Numbered from the stretch's first letter, positions 27,652-37,732 are shown. The stretch is 64,000 nucleotides of DNA from Bacteriovoracia bacterium (GCA_050251055.1 JBFWNL010000004.1:224001-288000), one strand, 5' to 3'. The notes: a model not told the origin generated them from the sequence alone. Numbers and translations are program-made.

Positions 27652-28740
27652 TCACTTAGTCAGGTCAGGTAGGCCATCTGGGTTGGTTTCCCCCGCGGGT
27701 GGGTTGATCCAAATCCAGTTCAGCGCGTCGCTCATTTCCTGGGGCCGGCTCACGCCGTTTAACCGCAGTTCCACGCGACGATTCTTCAAATGATCCTGCT
27801 CGGTATCGCCGCCGGCGACCGGCAGCTGGGAGCCAAAGCCTTTGGCCACCACGCGCTCGGAGGGCAGGCCCTGATTCACGAGGGTACGGCCTACGGCCGT
27901 GGCACGGTCAAAAGATAGCTTCACGTTGGTCTCGGCTTTGCCGCGCTTGTCGGTGTGGCCGCGCACTTCCACGCTTTGCCACGAACCGGGGTGGGTCTTC
28001 AGATACTCGGACAGGCGGTGCAACACACCCTCGGAACCTTTTTCGAGTTCGTCGCTCGCGGTTTTAAAGTGAAAGAAGCGGTCATCCAGGGTGACTTGTA
28101 CCCCTTGGTCATCCAAAATTTGAATATGCTCGGACTTCAGGCCGGCGCCGCGCTGGGCGTACTCGTCCGGTCCCTTGCGATCGATGAAGCCCAGGGAAAA
28201 ATCCACCTGCGCCCAGTAGATTTGGCGATTGGCGATCGTGAAATCCGTCATGAACTGGGTGCCCACGCGCATCGGATTCGCGGTTTCGGTCGCGAACTCT
28301 TTCTGCAGGCGTAAACCGCCAATCAAAGCCACGCTGTAGGTATTGACGGCGGACTGGGAAAAGCTGACGTCCGACCCCGCAAGCAGGGAAAACGTCGGGC
28401 CGAGATGCCATTCGTTTTCAAAACGATAGAGCGGACTCACCTGTACGTACCCAGCGGAAGTTTTCACATCGACCGAAGTTCCGGTTCCGCCCTTTAAGCG
28501 GTTGTACATCCAGCCCACGCTGCTATCGAGCACCCAGCGATGCAAGGGGACCGACAGCGTTAACTTCAGGTCCAGCTGGTATCCATTCTTGGATGGCTCG
28601 GTGGAAATCGATGACTGGCTCGAGACGTAACCCGCGCCCAAGCCCCCGTACACCGTGAACTTTCGTTCTTCGGCGTGGCTGCTCAACACGCAAATCAAGA
28701 TACCCAGTACGACCAAGAAAGATGCGAATCGGTTGCTCAT
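27652..28740 (-). CDS. OmpA-family protein (beta-barrel plus peptidoglycan-binding domain)
   Basis: Signal peptide; VRGHTDKRG..NVKLSFDRA..GFG..KNRRVEL. Confidence 0.9.
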   Translation of the reverse strand: MSNRFASFLVVLGILICVLSSHAEERKFTVYGGLGAGYVSSQSSISTEPSKNGYQLDLKLTLSVPLHRWVLDSSVGWMYNRLKGGTGTSVDVKTSAGYVQVSPLYRFENEWHLGPTFSLLAGSDVSFSQSAVNTYSVALIGGLRLQKEFATETANPMRVGTQFMTDFTIANRQIYWAQVDFSLGFIDRKGPDEYAQRGAGLKSEHIQILDDQGVQVTLDDRFFHFKTASDELEKGSEGVLHRLSEYLKTHPGSWQSVEVRGHTDKRGKAETNVKLSFDRATAVGRTLVNQGLPSERVVAKGFGSQLPVAGGDTEQDHLKNRRVELRLNGVSRPQEMSDALNWIWINPPAGETNPDGLPDLTK

Positions 28741-28760
28741 GATGTGATCCTTGCTGCTGA

Positions 28761-29858
28761 TTAACGGCTAAAGCAGTAGTGCTTGATCTTTTCGATGTAC
28801 TGGTCGACTCGACCGCTCGCCACGAGCTCATCGTATTCCAAGCCGTAAGTATCGTCGTCGATCTCGACGTTAGCGGTCAGCTCTTCCAGGAACCACTGCG
28901 GGCAGTGATAAGCCCAGCCACGACGGGGCCAGCGGTATCCGCCGGCGGCCCAGTGGGCGGCACCCTTCACACGGACGTTCTTGCCCCCGCTGACGGACGA
29001 GTACTTGCCGGCCACGAGGTTGTTGTGACCACCGGTGATCGTGTTGTATGAACCCGTAACCGTGTTATGGGCGCCGGAGGCAATGCCCCCGTATCCCAGG
29101 TAGTCGTTCCAGCTTCCGGTCACGACATAGTGGGAACCCGTGCGGTGACGGGCGGCGGTATCGGCTGCGTGGTCTTCGCGCATTTCGTTGTAGCCCACGA
29201 TGAGGTTACCTACGCCGTTTTCCGTCCAAGTCTTGCCCATGCCGTTACGCACGACCAGGTTAACTTTGTCGAAAACCACGGCGGGTTTTCCTTCGATCGT
29301 ATCGACCGTCTGGAATTGCGTGCGCTTTTCGAGATCGCCGATGCGGGCGTCAAACTTCTCTAAGCTCCAGTTGAGGAAATATTTTTCGTGCTTTTCCACG
29401 AGGTGGGTGAGCTTCTCCAGCCAGTGATCATGCTTGGCGATCAGGTTTTTATGCTGCTCTAAGATACCGTCGTGCTGGGCGGACTTTTCCGCCAAATAGG
29501 CTATCTTCGCGTCCTGATGCTGAACGGTGGCGGCCAGACCATCAAGGTTACCCCGGAGTTCGGCGATCAACGCCTTGAACTCCTCGTCGCGGGCATTGAG
29601 GCGATCGAGCATTTCTTTATGCTGCGTGAGGATGGCGCCGTATTCGTCGGCCACCTTCACGAGTTTCTCAATGCGCGTATTCTGGTTAGTGATCGTCGTT
29701 TCGAGCACGGTCAAACGATCCAGGACCGATTGGGGAATCTCTGTGGGCGATTGCGCCTGGAATTGCGTGCCGCCGTCCTCGTCGGTGAATTCCACCGCCT
29801 TGCTACAACCCGTGATGATGATGAAAATAGATGCTAATGCCGAAAGCTTGTTGCCCAT
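28761..29858 (-). CDS. Coiled-coil lipoprotein with a Gly-rich beta-repeat (adhesin/fibre-like) domain
   Basis: Lipobox ITGC, long heptad region, GxxN-type repeats SGAHNTVTGSYNTITGGHNN. Confidence 0.6.
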   Translation of the reverse strand: MGNKLSALASIFIIITGCSKAVEFTDEDGGTQFQAQSPTEIPQSVLDRLTVLETTITNQNTRIEKLVKVADEYGAILTQHKEMLDRLNARDEEFKALIAELRGNLDGLAATVQHQDAKIAYLAEKSAQHDGILEQHKNLIAKHDHWLEKLTHLVEKHEKYFLNWSLEKFDARIGDLEKRTQFQTVDTIEGKPAVVFDKVNLVVRNGMGKTWTENGVGNLIVGYNEMREDHAADTAARHRTGSHYVVTGSWNDYLGYGGIASGAHNTVTGSYNTITGGHNNLVAGKYSSVSGGKNVRVKGAAHWAAGGYRWPRRGWAYHCPQWFLEELTANVEIDDDTYGLEYDELVASGRVDQYIEKIKHYCFSR

Positions 29859-29901
29859 GCCATACTCCTCTTGCCGAATCTCTTCTCTTGTCGACAATAA
29901 G

Positions 29902-29918
29902 AGCAGGGTCCGTGCCAA
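29902..29918 (-). promoter_or_regulatory. sigma54 -24/-12 promoter
   Basis: TTGGCACGGACCCTGCT, near-consensus. Confidence 0.8.
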
Positions 29919-29980
29919 GGCGGAAAACGGGCGAGTTCCGGATAAAAGCCGGAATTACCGGGATTTAAGCCGTCGGAAGT

Positions 29981-29995
29981 GTCTAAACTTTAGAC
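29981..29995. promoter_or_regulatory. Palindromic enhancer candidate
   Basis: GTCTAAA-C-TTTAGAC about 65 bp upstream of the sigma54 site. Confidence 0.65.
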
Positions 29996-30014
29996 GGGTA
30001 TCTAAAGTATTTGG

Positions 30015-30716
30015 TCAGTACCAATAGCCGAATTCATCCGAATCGAACCCCGGCGGGTTGCGCGGCGGGATCCACATCTGCGCCCACATGAACTCCATGT
30101 GTTTCTCGAGCGACCGGTACATGAGCGGTTCGATGTGGTAGGCATCCATATAACTTGTCCGGAGCTGCTCGAGCGACGCCGGCTTGGAAAAGTCCCCATG
30201 ATCAGTGTCGGCGGCATAGTGGGAGAGCTCATGAAAGATCGTCGATGCCTGTGAAGTAGGGGAGTTATTAAAGAAGAGCGGGCAGACGTAGATGCGAGGC
30301 AGCCGATGACCCGCGATGTAATACACGTAAGCCATCGTATCGCCATCGGAGCATTGCCGATCGGAATTGGTCACGCATCTCAACTCGTAACCCGCTTCCG
30401 CGTCGCGATTCATCGCCGAGAGCACGCGCTGCATGCCCGCCAGGTAATCGGTGTAGGCGCGTTCCGTACGAGATGGATCGCCGGCAAACCAACGCGGCAC
30501 CCGGCCCTTGGCCTCGATGTAATTTTTCTGCACGTACTCCATCGAGTATTTCGAGATATCCGCCGCGGGCGGTACCAGCGTGCGCGACTTCTCCAAAACG
30601 GTTTTGGCCGCTACGCGCAGCTGCCCCGCTTGCGTGGTCGAGCACTGGACGATCCGAGTCTCCCCAGCCGCCGCCGAAACCGTGAAAAATAAAAATAAGA
30701 AAGTGAATCCCCGCAT
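30015..30716 (-). CDS. Secreted M35-like (aspzincin) metallopeptidase
   Basis: Signal peptide; AYV, IYVCPLFF, STIFHELSHYAADTDH. Confidence 0.8.
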   Translation of the reverse strand: MRGFTFLFLFFTVSAAAGETRIVQCSTTQAGQLRVAAKTVLEKSRTLVPPAADISKYSMEYVQKNYIEAKGRVPRWFAGDPSRTERAYTDYLAGMQRVLSAMNRDAEAGYELRCVTNSDRQCSDGDTMAYVYYIAGHRLPRIYVCPLFFNNSPTSQASTIFHELSHYAADTDHGDFSKPASLEQLRTSYMDAYHIEPLMYRSLEKHMEFMWAQMWIPPRNPPGFDSDEFGYWY

Positions 30717-30852
30717 AATCCCCCCGGAAAGCGTCGTTCAAACCCAGGAGCGGTATAGACGATTCTTGGCTAAATGCAAAATTTTATTATGCTTCGCTTC
30801 ACACCCAGAAAGTCTTGAAACTACTCTGAATTATTTGTTGACTGTTTTTATT

Positions 30853-31692
30853 CTACTTCCCCATAAAGCAAGCCAGAACGGCCTTTTGGAGCTCCGTATA
30901 GTAGGGCTGCTCAAAATAATGGAGGCAAATCGGGTTTTCCACCCTCAGCTTCGGGTTCAGTACCCGCAACCCCCGTTCACCTTCCACCAGGTGGGCGGGC
31001 ACAACCGCCCGCCCCAACCCCAAACGAACCCCGTCGATCAGTCCGTAAACGTCGTCGACATAACGGCGACGATACCCGCGATAGCGTTCCGACTGCCGTG
31101 TCGTCCGAAGAAAATCGCTCGTGGCGCGGTCTTCCACGTCGTGGTCGAGGATAATATTCGCGCCCGCGTAACCGCGCTTTTCGATGAGCACGCTTTGCTC
31201 ATGACCTACGCGTTCCGATCTCACGCCCTCCCGCTGCCAGACGTAATCAAGCACCAGGTAATCAACGGCCCCATTGAGGAGGAGCGTCGGAAGCTCGCGT
31301 AACTCGCGCGTTTGAATTTCCAGCTGCAGCTCGGGGTGCTTTGCCACGAGTTCGCTGATCGCCGGTAAGATCCGAGAACGCATGACGGAAGAGTAACCGC
31401 CAATACGGATCACCCCCGTGAGCGCGGCGACATCTTTTCCTCCGCCGCGATACTCATCCTCCAATGCCTGTTTCTGCCGGCAATAGACCAGGAGCCGCTG
31501 TCCGGCTTCCGTGAGCTGCGCCCCCGTGCGATCACGCACGAAAAGGGAGGTTTCCAACTCTTCTTCCAGATTTTTGACCCGTTGGGAAAGGGCCGACTGG
31601 GTCAGACCGAGCTGCTTGGCGGTCCGCGTGAAGTTTCCTTCGCGCGCCAGCGCGTAAAAAGCATCTAAACCGAGGGAATTCAGGCTACTCAT
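30853..31692 (-). CDS. LysR-family regulator
   Basis: GNFTRTAKQLGLTQSALSQRVKNLEEEL. Confidence 0.93.
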   Translation of the reverse strand: MSSLNSLGLDAFYALAREGNFTRTAKQLGLTQSALSQRVKNLEEELETSLFVRDRTGAQLTEAGQRLLVYCRQKQALEDEYRGGGKDVAALTGVIRIGGYSSVMRSRILPAISELVAKHPELQLEIQTRELRELPTLLLNGAVDYLVLDYVWQREGVRSERVGHEQSVLIEKRGYAGANIILDHDVEDRATSDFLRTTRQSERYRGYRRRYVDDVYGLIDGVRLGLGRAVVPAHLVEGERGLRVLNPKLRVENPICLHYFEQPYYTELQKAVLACFMGK

Positions 31693-31788
31693 TTGTCATT
31701 AGTTAAATCGATTATTGCATTAAAACAATCTGTTTTTCTAATTCATTAATCCGCCGTACTAACGACCGGAGAAAGAGGAGAAAGACTT

Positions 31789-32184
31789 ATGAAAGTAGCG
31801 ATTTTGACGGTTTTAGCGATGTTGGGAACGGTGACTTCGGCGCAAGCCGCCGTGGTGAACTGCGTGGAGACGGAAAACAAGTACATCCCGACGCAGATCA
31901 AGTTCAACTTGTTCTCCGACGAGGAGCCAGAAGTTCACGTCTTTACGCGGACAGATCCAGACGGGCTGGTGCTTCACTATACCCAGATCAACAAGGTCGT
32001 AGGGTCCGACGGTGGGTTTACCGACCAGGTCATCTACGACTTTAAGCTCAGCCATCCCGACTATAAGCTCCAATTCACGAAGACCACGGTTTTCAACCGC
32101 GCTGGAACCACGAAGAAGTACGCAGCCAAACTCGACCACGGCGACGACACCGTCTACTTTAAATGCCATGTGGAAGAAAAATAA
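31789..32184 (+). CDS. Secreted hypothetical protein
   Basis: Signal peptide ending AQA, GAGGAG RBS, Cys near each terminus. Confidence 0.7.
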   Translation: MKVAILTVLAMLGTVTSAQAAVVNCVETENKYIPTQIKFNLFSDEEPEVHVFTRTDPDGLVLHYTQINKVVGSDGGFTDQVIYDFKLSHPDYKLQFTKTTVFNRAGTTKKYAAKLDHGDDTVYFKCHVEEK

Positions 32185-32884
32185 ACTCGTCCTAAGCTCG
32201 ATCCTCCTGGGACTCCTGGTCTCGGGAGGATTTTTTTTGCTCGCGGCCGATCCCACCTCCGTATCTTTTCGTTCCTGGGAGTCCCAAACGACCGGTGGGC
32301 ATCCGGTCTACAACGAGATCCGCTATTTTTTGGGATCCCGCCAAGATGTTTGGATGATGCGGCAAAGCCGCGCGGGCCTGAACCCACCCAAGTCCAGGTG
32401 GGACCGCCTGGCCATCGTCGTCGATAAAACCACCCAACCCCCTACCGCGGAGTTTCGCCAGCTCCCTCCAGGGGAGTTAGCTTGGGATCCTTCCGTGAAA
32501 GCGATCACGCCCCGGGTGAGCTGCCTCGTCTGCCATGTGAATGGTCCGCGGGCGATACGTCCCGACGCAAACGAGCTCCCGCTTTCCGTTTGGGATCAGG
32601 GGCGGGTCCTGATCTGGAATCTACGAATCAAGGCGTACGGTCGGGTGCGGACCAAGACGGACGTCGCTCTCGACGCGCCCCTCGCCGGTCTCTCCACGCG
32701 GAAGCTCGGCGTGAAAACCTGCAGGTACTGTCACCGGGAATCGCCCTGGGGAAGGGGAGAACTCACCGCGCGAAACCGGGGTACGATTGAGTTCATGGTG
32801 AAAAATGGCCAAATGCCACCCTTGGGATTCTGGCTGGGGAGGGCGGACCAGCGGGAGCTAGACAAATTTCTCGCCGGCTTTTAG
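32168..32884 (+). CDS. Putative diheme c-type cytochrome
   Basis: N-terminal TM/signal; CLVCH and CRYCH; GQMPP. Confidence 0.7.
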   Translation: MWKKNKLVLSSILLGLLVSGGFFLLAADPTSVSFRSWESQTTGGHPVYNEIRYFLGSRQDVWMMRQSRAGLNPPKSRWDRLAIVVDKTTQPPTAEFRQLPPGELAWDPSVKAITPRVSCLVCHVNGPRAIRPDANELPLSVWDQGRVLIWNLRIKAYGRVRTKTDVALDAPLAGLSTRKLGVKTCRYCHRESPWGRGELTARNRGTIEFMVKNGQMPPLGFWLGRADQRELDKFLAGF

Positions 32885-33645
32885 AACCGGCGTGTGGCCT
32901 TGCCCTGAGCGACCCGTGGTTTCCTTGCCGCCCTAAAAAACGGGTAGTAAAGATCACTTTCGAGTGGAATCGTGAGTTCGGTACGAAAAAGTGGATCATC
33001 CTCCCTTAAAAAGACAAGATCCTCCATTTCAATACAAGCTAGGGGTCGGCTCTCGTTGGATTCGCCCATTCGGAGCGTGGCCGCCGCCGCCAAGGCATCG
33101 GCAACATTCACCGTGGTCATCTCCATCTTTCGCCCGAATAGATCAGGCTGACCTATGAAATCCCGCAGGCCCCGGAACCCCCAGTGCGCGAGGGAAACTC
33201 CGGTGACGCCTCGGCGCAAGGGCGTGGTGTGAGAGTCCGTGACCAAGATGCCAAGCTTCTCAAGACCCCACGCCCGCCTCAACCCTTTGCCCAATCTTTC
33301 CGCGCTGCGGAAAGGGTCTCGCGGATAGAGTATATAGTGACCGTGTTCGGAATTAGATTCATCGATGCCCGCCGTGGGAATAAAGAGACCGTGCTTGATC
33401 GTGAGGTAGCATCCATATCCCACCTCCCCGAAGTTATGATCCGCCTCTTGGTCCACCAGATCAGCTTTGTCGATGGAGGCCTTCGCGACCAAACGATTCT
33501 CCGCCAAGCTCATGATTTTTGAAGTCACGGCTAGCACCATTCCTTCGCGAATGAGTGGCTTGGGGACCTCGTCCAGAACGAACCGCGTGAGATCTTCCCC
33601 GGCCCGAAACACGCGCGTCTGAATCGGTTGAACATTCATAACCAT
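32881..33645 (-). CDS. CofE-like gamma-glutamyl ligase (CT611-type)
   Basis: VTSKIMS, AGIDESN, TDSHTTPLRRGVTG, DLFGRKM, MGESNE. Confidence 0.88.
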   Translation of the reverse strand: MVMNVQPIQTRVFRAGEDLTRFVLDEVPKPLIREGMVLAVTSKIMSLAENRLVAKASIDKADLVDQEADHNFGEVGYGCYLTIKHGLFIPTAGIDESNSEHGHYILYPRDPFRSAERLGKGLRRAWGLEKLGILVTDSHTTPLRRGVTGVSLAHWGFRGLRDFIGQPDLFGRKMEMTTVNVADALAAAATLRMGESNESRPLACIEMEDLVFLREDDPLFRTELTIPLESDLYYPFFRAARKPRVAQGKATRRF

Positions 33646-34889
33646 TCTCCTTGATAGCGACGAAAGTCGTGCACTCGTATGATGTCTACGCCGGTTCGGG
33701 CAAGCCGCCGAGACCAGCGGAAAGTCGCTTCATCTAGCGCAGGAATCGACATAACCTCGCCCTCGCGTAGGCACGACTTACGGGAATGCCCGACAAGTAG
33801 CCGAATTGGTAAATCGGATAGTTCTTCGAATCTTTGCAGGATCTCGAGCGACTGCGCCTGGGTTTTTCCAAATCCGATTCCGGGATCAAAAATCACCCGA
33901 TCCGCATCTATCCCGGCAGTCACTAAAAGCTCCATCTTCCGAAAAAACCATGACTTCAGCTCCGCGATGGGATCGACCTGACTTTGCCAGGTCAATTTTG
34001 GATCGGCCGGGACCGTAAGACTGTGCATGAGGATATACTGGGCGTGACACCCGGCCAGCACTTCGATCATGCGCGGGTCGGAAAGGCCCCCCACATCGTT
34101 GACGATGTCCGCGCCCATAGCCAAGGCCCGGTCAGCCGTGGATGCGTGGCGGGTATCCACGCTAATCCATGGGCGAATCGTTTGGCTTCGATAGAATTCC
34201 CGTAAATACGTGAGTACGGGTTCTAGCCGCGCCCACTCTTCTTCTATTTCAACTCGGAAAGCTCCCGGCCGGGTCGATTCCGCGCCCAGATCTAAGATCT
34301 GCACTCCCGCCGCATCTGCGGCCTGGACTCGCGCGACCCATTCGGCTTTCGTCGATAGCGCGCCACCATCCGAAAAAGAATCTGGTGTTAAATTGAATAT
34401 CGCCATCGTCAAAGGTCGATGGCCGGGTAAGGCCCTCGCGTGATTCACCACGGGCCAAGCGCAACCCGGGACGGTTAACCCGGGCGCGAGGTCTTTTAGG
34501 GGATCCAATACAAATGACCGCTCATGGATTCGGGCGTGCGGCACCTGTAATGTTTCGTCATGTATACGCTCCTGACCCAAGAGTAAGAGATCAAGATCGA
34601 TTTTTCGCGGAGACCAGCGCTCGGTTGAATCACGACCTAGCTCGCATTCGATGTGCTTTAAGCGATGCAGTAACAATTCCGCGGTCCCACTCCAATCCAA
34701 CTCGCATACTGCGTTCAAATAAGGCCGGTTCCAGTCGAATGGGGCCCCCGGCGGCAAGAGAGCAGGCGTTTCATAAACCGGAGACATCCGGATCGTTCCC
34801 GAAGAGATTTCGTGGAGTTTACGGACCGCAAGATCTAGATGCGCCCGACGATCCCCGAGGTTCGATCCCAAAGCGATGAAACACTTCAC
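33636..34889 (-). CDS. folKP: Fused HPPK-dihydropteroate synthase
   Basis: IALGSNLGDR, PRKIDLDLL, NLTPDSFSDGG, GAESTRPG, DPGIGFGK, GHSRKS. Confidence 0.93.
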   Translation of the reverse strand: MKCFIALGSNLGDRRAHLDLAVRKLHEISSGTIRMSPVYETPALLPPGAPFDWNRPYLNAVCELDWSGTAELLLHRLKHIECELGRDSTERWSPRKIDLDLLLLGQERIHDETLQVPHARIHERSFVLDPLKDLAPGLTVPGCAWPVVNHARALPGHRPLTMAIFNLTPDSFSDGGALSTKAEWVARVQAADAAGVQILDLGAESTRPGAFRVEIEEEWARLEPVLTYLREFYRSQTIRPWISVDTRHASTADRALAMGADIVNDVGGLSDPRMIEVLAGCHAQYILMHSLTVPADPKLTWQSQVDPIAELKSWFFRKMELLVTAGIDADRVIFDPGIGFGKTQAQSLEILQRFEELSDLPIRLLVGHSRKSCLREGEVMSIPALDEATFRWSRRLARTGVDIIRVHDFRRYQGEWL

Positions 34890-35260
34890 GGAAAATCTCC
34901 GGCCCGGTAAACCACCCCGCCTAGTAAGCCCGGCACTGGAGGATGAACCTTGTGAATCTCCACCACGACCTCGGCTCGTTCTTCGACGAATCTTCGAGTG
35001 GCGGCGAGAATATCCGTGCCTAGCCTTTCCACCAGCTGGTACTCCCGTTCCTGCGCCACCTGAGTGACGAGCTCACTTAATCGCGCGTAGCAAAGCGTAT
35101 CCGAGAGCCGATCGGTAACCGAACCCCGAGGAGCCCGCGGAAACCGAATTTCGATGCTCACCCGCACGGATTGGGGATGGGCGCGCTCTTCGGCCTGGCA
35201 ACCCAGGCGCACGGCAACCTCGAGTTCGCTTAAACGAAGCGAAGTGAAATCCGCCTCCAC
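34886..35260 (-). CDS. folB: Dihydroneopterin aldolase
   Basis: LGCQAEERAHPQ, DTLCY, LVE, KVHPP; probable GTG start at the CADD stop. Confidence 0.85.
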   Translation of the reverse strand: MEADFTSLRLSELEVAVRLGCQAEERAHPQSVRVSIEIRFPRAPRGSVTDRLSDTLCYARLSELVTQVAQEREYQLVERLGTDILAATRRFVEERAEVVVEIHKVHPPVPGLLGGVVYRAGDFP

Positions 35261-35907
35261 TATGCGGACCTTTGCCCCGGTGGTTCGTGGGCATCGGTCA
35301 AGAAGTCCCAAAGCGCTTGGCCCGCTTCATCGGCCGCTTCCTGCGCCTCACGGCGCTCATCCGCCGAGAAACCCTCGAGAATTTCCCCGAGCGCCTGCCG
35401 ATGGGCTACATCCGCGTGGCGGTGTACTTCAAAAAATGAAAGGGAACGTTCGTCGAGCAAACGAAAATGCCGCCGTAGCCCTTCGATCTTGGATGCCGCG
35501 ACCTCGGGCACCTGCGCCTCATATGCATAAATTGCCCCCAGGGCTTTAGGCAGCGACCCCTGCGTCAGCCGATAAAACGTCGAAACGACGTTTTGAATCG
35601 CATTGCGTTTACGGGCGCACATTACGACCTCCCGCGAACATCCCAAGCCTTCGGCGAAGCGCAACCAAAGCTCAGGATGCGCCACCCCATAGGTCGTACC
35701 GTTTTCTTCGGCTAAGTTCTCCTCCAATATCGCCCGTGTGTGGACATGCGGGCAGAGTTGAATGGCGCTTTTCAGGTACGACGGGAACGCTTCCACGTGG
35801 GCATAATACTGCTCGGCGTAATTTCGCAGCGTCTCCCACTTAAGCTTTCCTTCCATCCAATCTCGGTAAAACGGGTGCTGCAGCAACGGCTTTTCGATTC
35901 GTAGCAT
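35260..35907 (-). CDS. CADD-family (PqqC-like) pABA synthase
   Basis: LLQHPFY, ENLAEE, HPELWLRFAEGLG, YAYEAQVPEVAASKIEGL, FFEVHRHADVAH. Confidence 0.9.
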   Translation of the reverse strand: MLRIEKPLLQHPFYRDWMEGKLKWETLRNYAEQYYAHVEAFPSYLKSAIQLCPHVHTRAILEENLAEENGTTYGVAHPELWLRFAEGLGCSREVVMCARKRNAIQNVVSTFYRLTQGSLPKALGAIYAYEAQVPEVAASKIEGLRRHFRLLDERSLSFFEVHRHADVAHRQALGEILEGFSADERREAQEAADEAGQALWDFLTDAHEPPGQRSA

Positions 35908-35982
35908 CAGGAATCCTCCTGACGCCGACTTTCCCGGATTTGCATTGATAAGAAAATCTCAATTCGCTAATCAGTTGGTTAA

Positions 35983-36876
35983 GTGAATCTAAACAACCTG
36001 GATTTCAATAAACTTGCCGTGTTCGCTCAAGTCGTGGAAGCAGGGAATTACCAACGGGCTTCCGAAACCTTGCATGTGACGCCATCCGCGATTAGCCAAA
36101 CGATCACCGCGCTCGAGCACTCTCTAGGAATCCCCCTTTTTTACCGCCTCGGGAAACGCCTGGTTCCCACCGAGCTCGGGCTTAAAATCCAGCGCGAATT
36201 TCAATCTCATCACACGGCCTTCACCCAGACCCTGACGCAAATCGCGGGCAAACAACTACGAGTGACGGGCAGAATCCAAGTCGGCGCCTATTTGGAATTC
36301 GCCAAGTTTCAACTCGCGCCGCTGCTGACGGATTTTCAGGGTAAACACTCCGACGTACAGATAAAGCTCACCTTCGATACGCCCAGCCGGCTGCATCGTT
36401 TGCTTGCTGCCGGGAAGCTCGACGTTTGCTTTTCGATTTACCCGGAACGCGACAGCCCCCTGATCCAATCTCAGGCGGTCTGCCACGAAGAGCTAGTGCT
36501 GGTGGCGCCGACGGGGATGCTAAAAGAAAAACCCACGTTTGATGCGGTGATGGCAGCCCCCATGATTGAGTACTACTTGAATCACCAGCCGATCCGTCGT
36601 TGGATCGCGCTTCATTACCGGAAGAAACCGCGGCACCTGCCGATCCGAACCTTCGCCGCCACGGCGGAAATGGTGCTAAGCCTAGTTCGCTCGGGAATGG
36701 GGATCGGAATCGTACCCGGATACCTTCTTACCGAAACGGCCGGCGTTTCCGTCATTCGGCCCAGCCATCGCAGATTAATGGATCACATTTGGATGCTTCA
36801 GCTGAAATCCCAGCCCCGCTCCCTGGCGGTCGACCTGTTTACAAGGGAAGCCCACCGGAGACTGAATGGAAATTAG
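35983..36876 (+). CDS. LysR-family regulator divergent from the folate cluster
   Basis: ASETLHVTPSAISQTITALE HTH. Confidence 0.92.
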   Translation: MNLNNLDFNKLAVFAQVVEAGNYQRASETLHVTPSAISQTITALEHSLGIPLFYRLGKRLVPTELGLKIQREFQSHHTAFTQTLTQIAGKQLRVTGRIQVGAYLEFAKFQLAPLLTDFQGKHSDVQIKLTFDTPSRLHRLLAAGKLDVCFSIYPERDSPLIQSQAVCHEELVLVAPTGMLKEKPTFDAVMAAPMIEYYLNHQPIRRWIALHYRKKPRHLPIRTFAATAEMVLSLVRSGMGIGIVPGYLLTETAGVSVIRPSHRRLMDHIWMLQLKSQPRSLAVDLFTREAHRRLNGN

Positions 36877-37294
36877 AGTGATGTCCACCTCCTCCGAGCT
36901 GGATCAAGCCTATGGGCTTCTGAAGGATCTCCGACCGCAGCTGACCTTAGAAAATTTTCATTCGCTTTATCGGTCGGCAAAATCCAAGGATGACTACACG
37001 CTGGTGGGAGCATATCTCGAAGGCCAGTGGGCGGCGGTCATGGGATACCGAATCTTGTTCGACTTCGCGCATGGCAAGCATGTTTATGTAGATGATCTCA
37101 TCGTTGGCCCTGCTTTTCGCTCCCGGGGTGTCGGCGCTCGGCTACTCAAGTACGCGGAAAAGGTAGCGGGTGATTTCGGATGCCAAGGGCTTAGGCTCTG
37201 CGCCGGGGTCGAGAACACGGCCGGGCAGCGGTTTTATGCGCGTGAAGGCTGGAAAGGTCGGGCGATCGCTTTTAAGAAGACGTGTCAGCCCTGA
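36866..37294 (+). CDS. GNAT acetyltransferase
   Basis: YVDDLIV..FRSRGVGARLL, NTAGQRFY. Confidence 0.88.
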   Translation: MEIRVMSTSSELDQAYGLLKDLRPQLTLENFHSLYRSAKSKDDYTLVGAYLEGQWAAVMGYRILFDFAHGKHVYVDDLIVGPAFRSRGVGARLLKYAEKVAGDFGCQGLRLCAGVENTAGQRFYAREGWKGRAIAFKKTCQP

Positions 37295-37440
37295 CACACC
37301 CAAAACCACCTTCCAGCACACGCCAGCACACATGAACACCGCCCTTTTTTCGATCCAAATGTAACCCCGACGAACGTTCGTGTAACTTCGTTCTTGTAGC
37401 AGGGGATTTTCAACTCAAACAAACCAAAAGAGGGCATAAC

Positions 37441-37713
37441 ATGAAGACCGTATCTAAATTTGTATTCGCCGTTGCCGTGATCCTGGCCGCTAACACCAAC
37501 TTCGCCAATGCCGCAAATAGCGGCGTAAGCACCACGCAAGCACTGGAATGCCTCAACCGTCTCATCGGTCGCCTCCAAGTCTGCGCCAACATTCCGCCCC
37601 AGGTGGATTACTTTAAAGAGTGCCCTCGCAACGCACAGGCTGATTACGATCGCTGCATGAAAGGCGAAGATAAGCTACCTGTCTTTTCTCAAGACGCGAT
37701 CTTCGTCGACTAA
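37441..37713 (+). CDS. Small secreted Cys-containing protein
   Basis: Signal peptide ending ANA; four Cys. Confidence 0.65.
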   Translation: MKTVSKFVFAVAVILAANTNFANAANSGVSTTQALECLNRLIGRLQVCANIPPQVDYFKECPRNAQADYDRCMKGEDKLPVFSQDAIFVD

Positions 37714-37732
37714 ATCGAAATTCAAGTCAGTG

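Noticed and set aside
37313-37390. Short direct repeats (CCAGCACAC x2, TGTAAC x2) upstream of the secreted cluster
   Set aside because: Too short to separate from chance without a comparative motif search.
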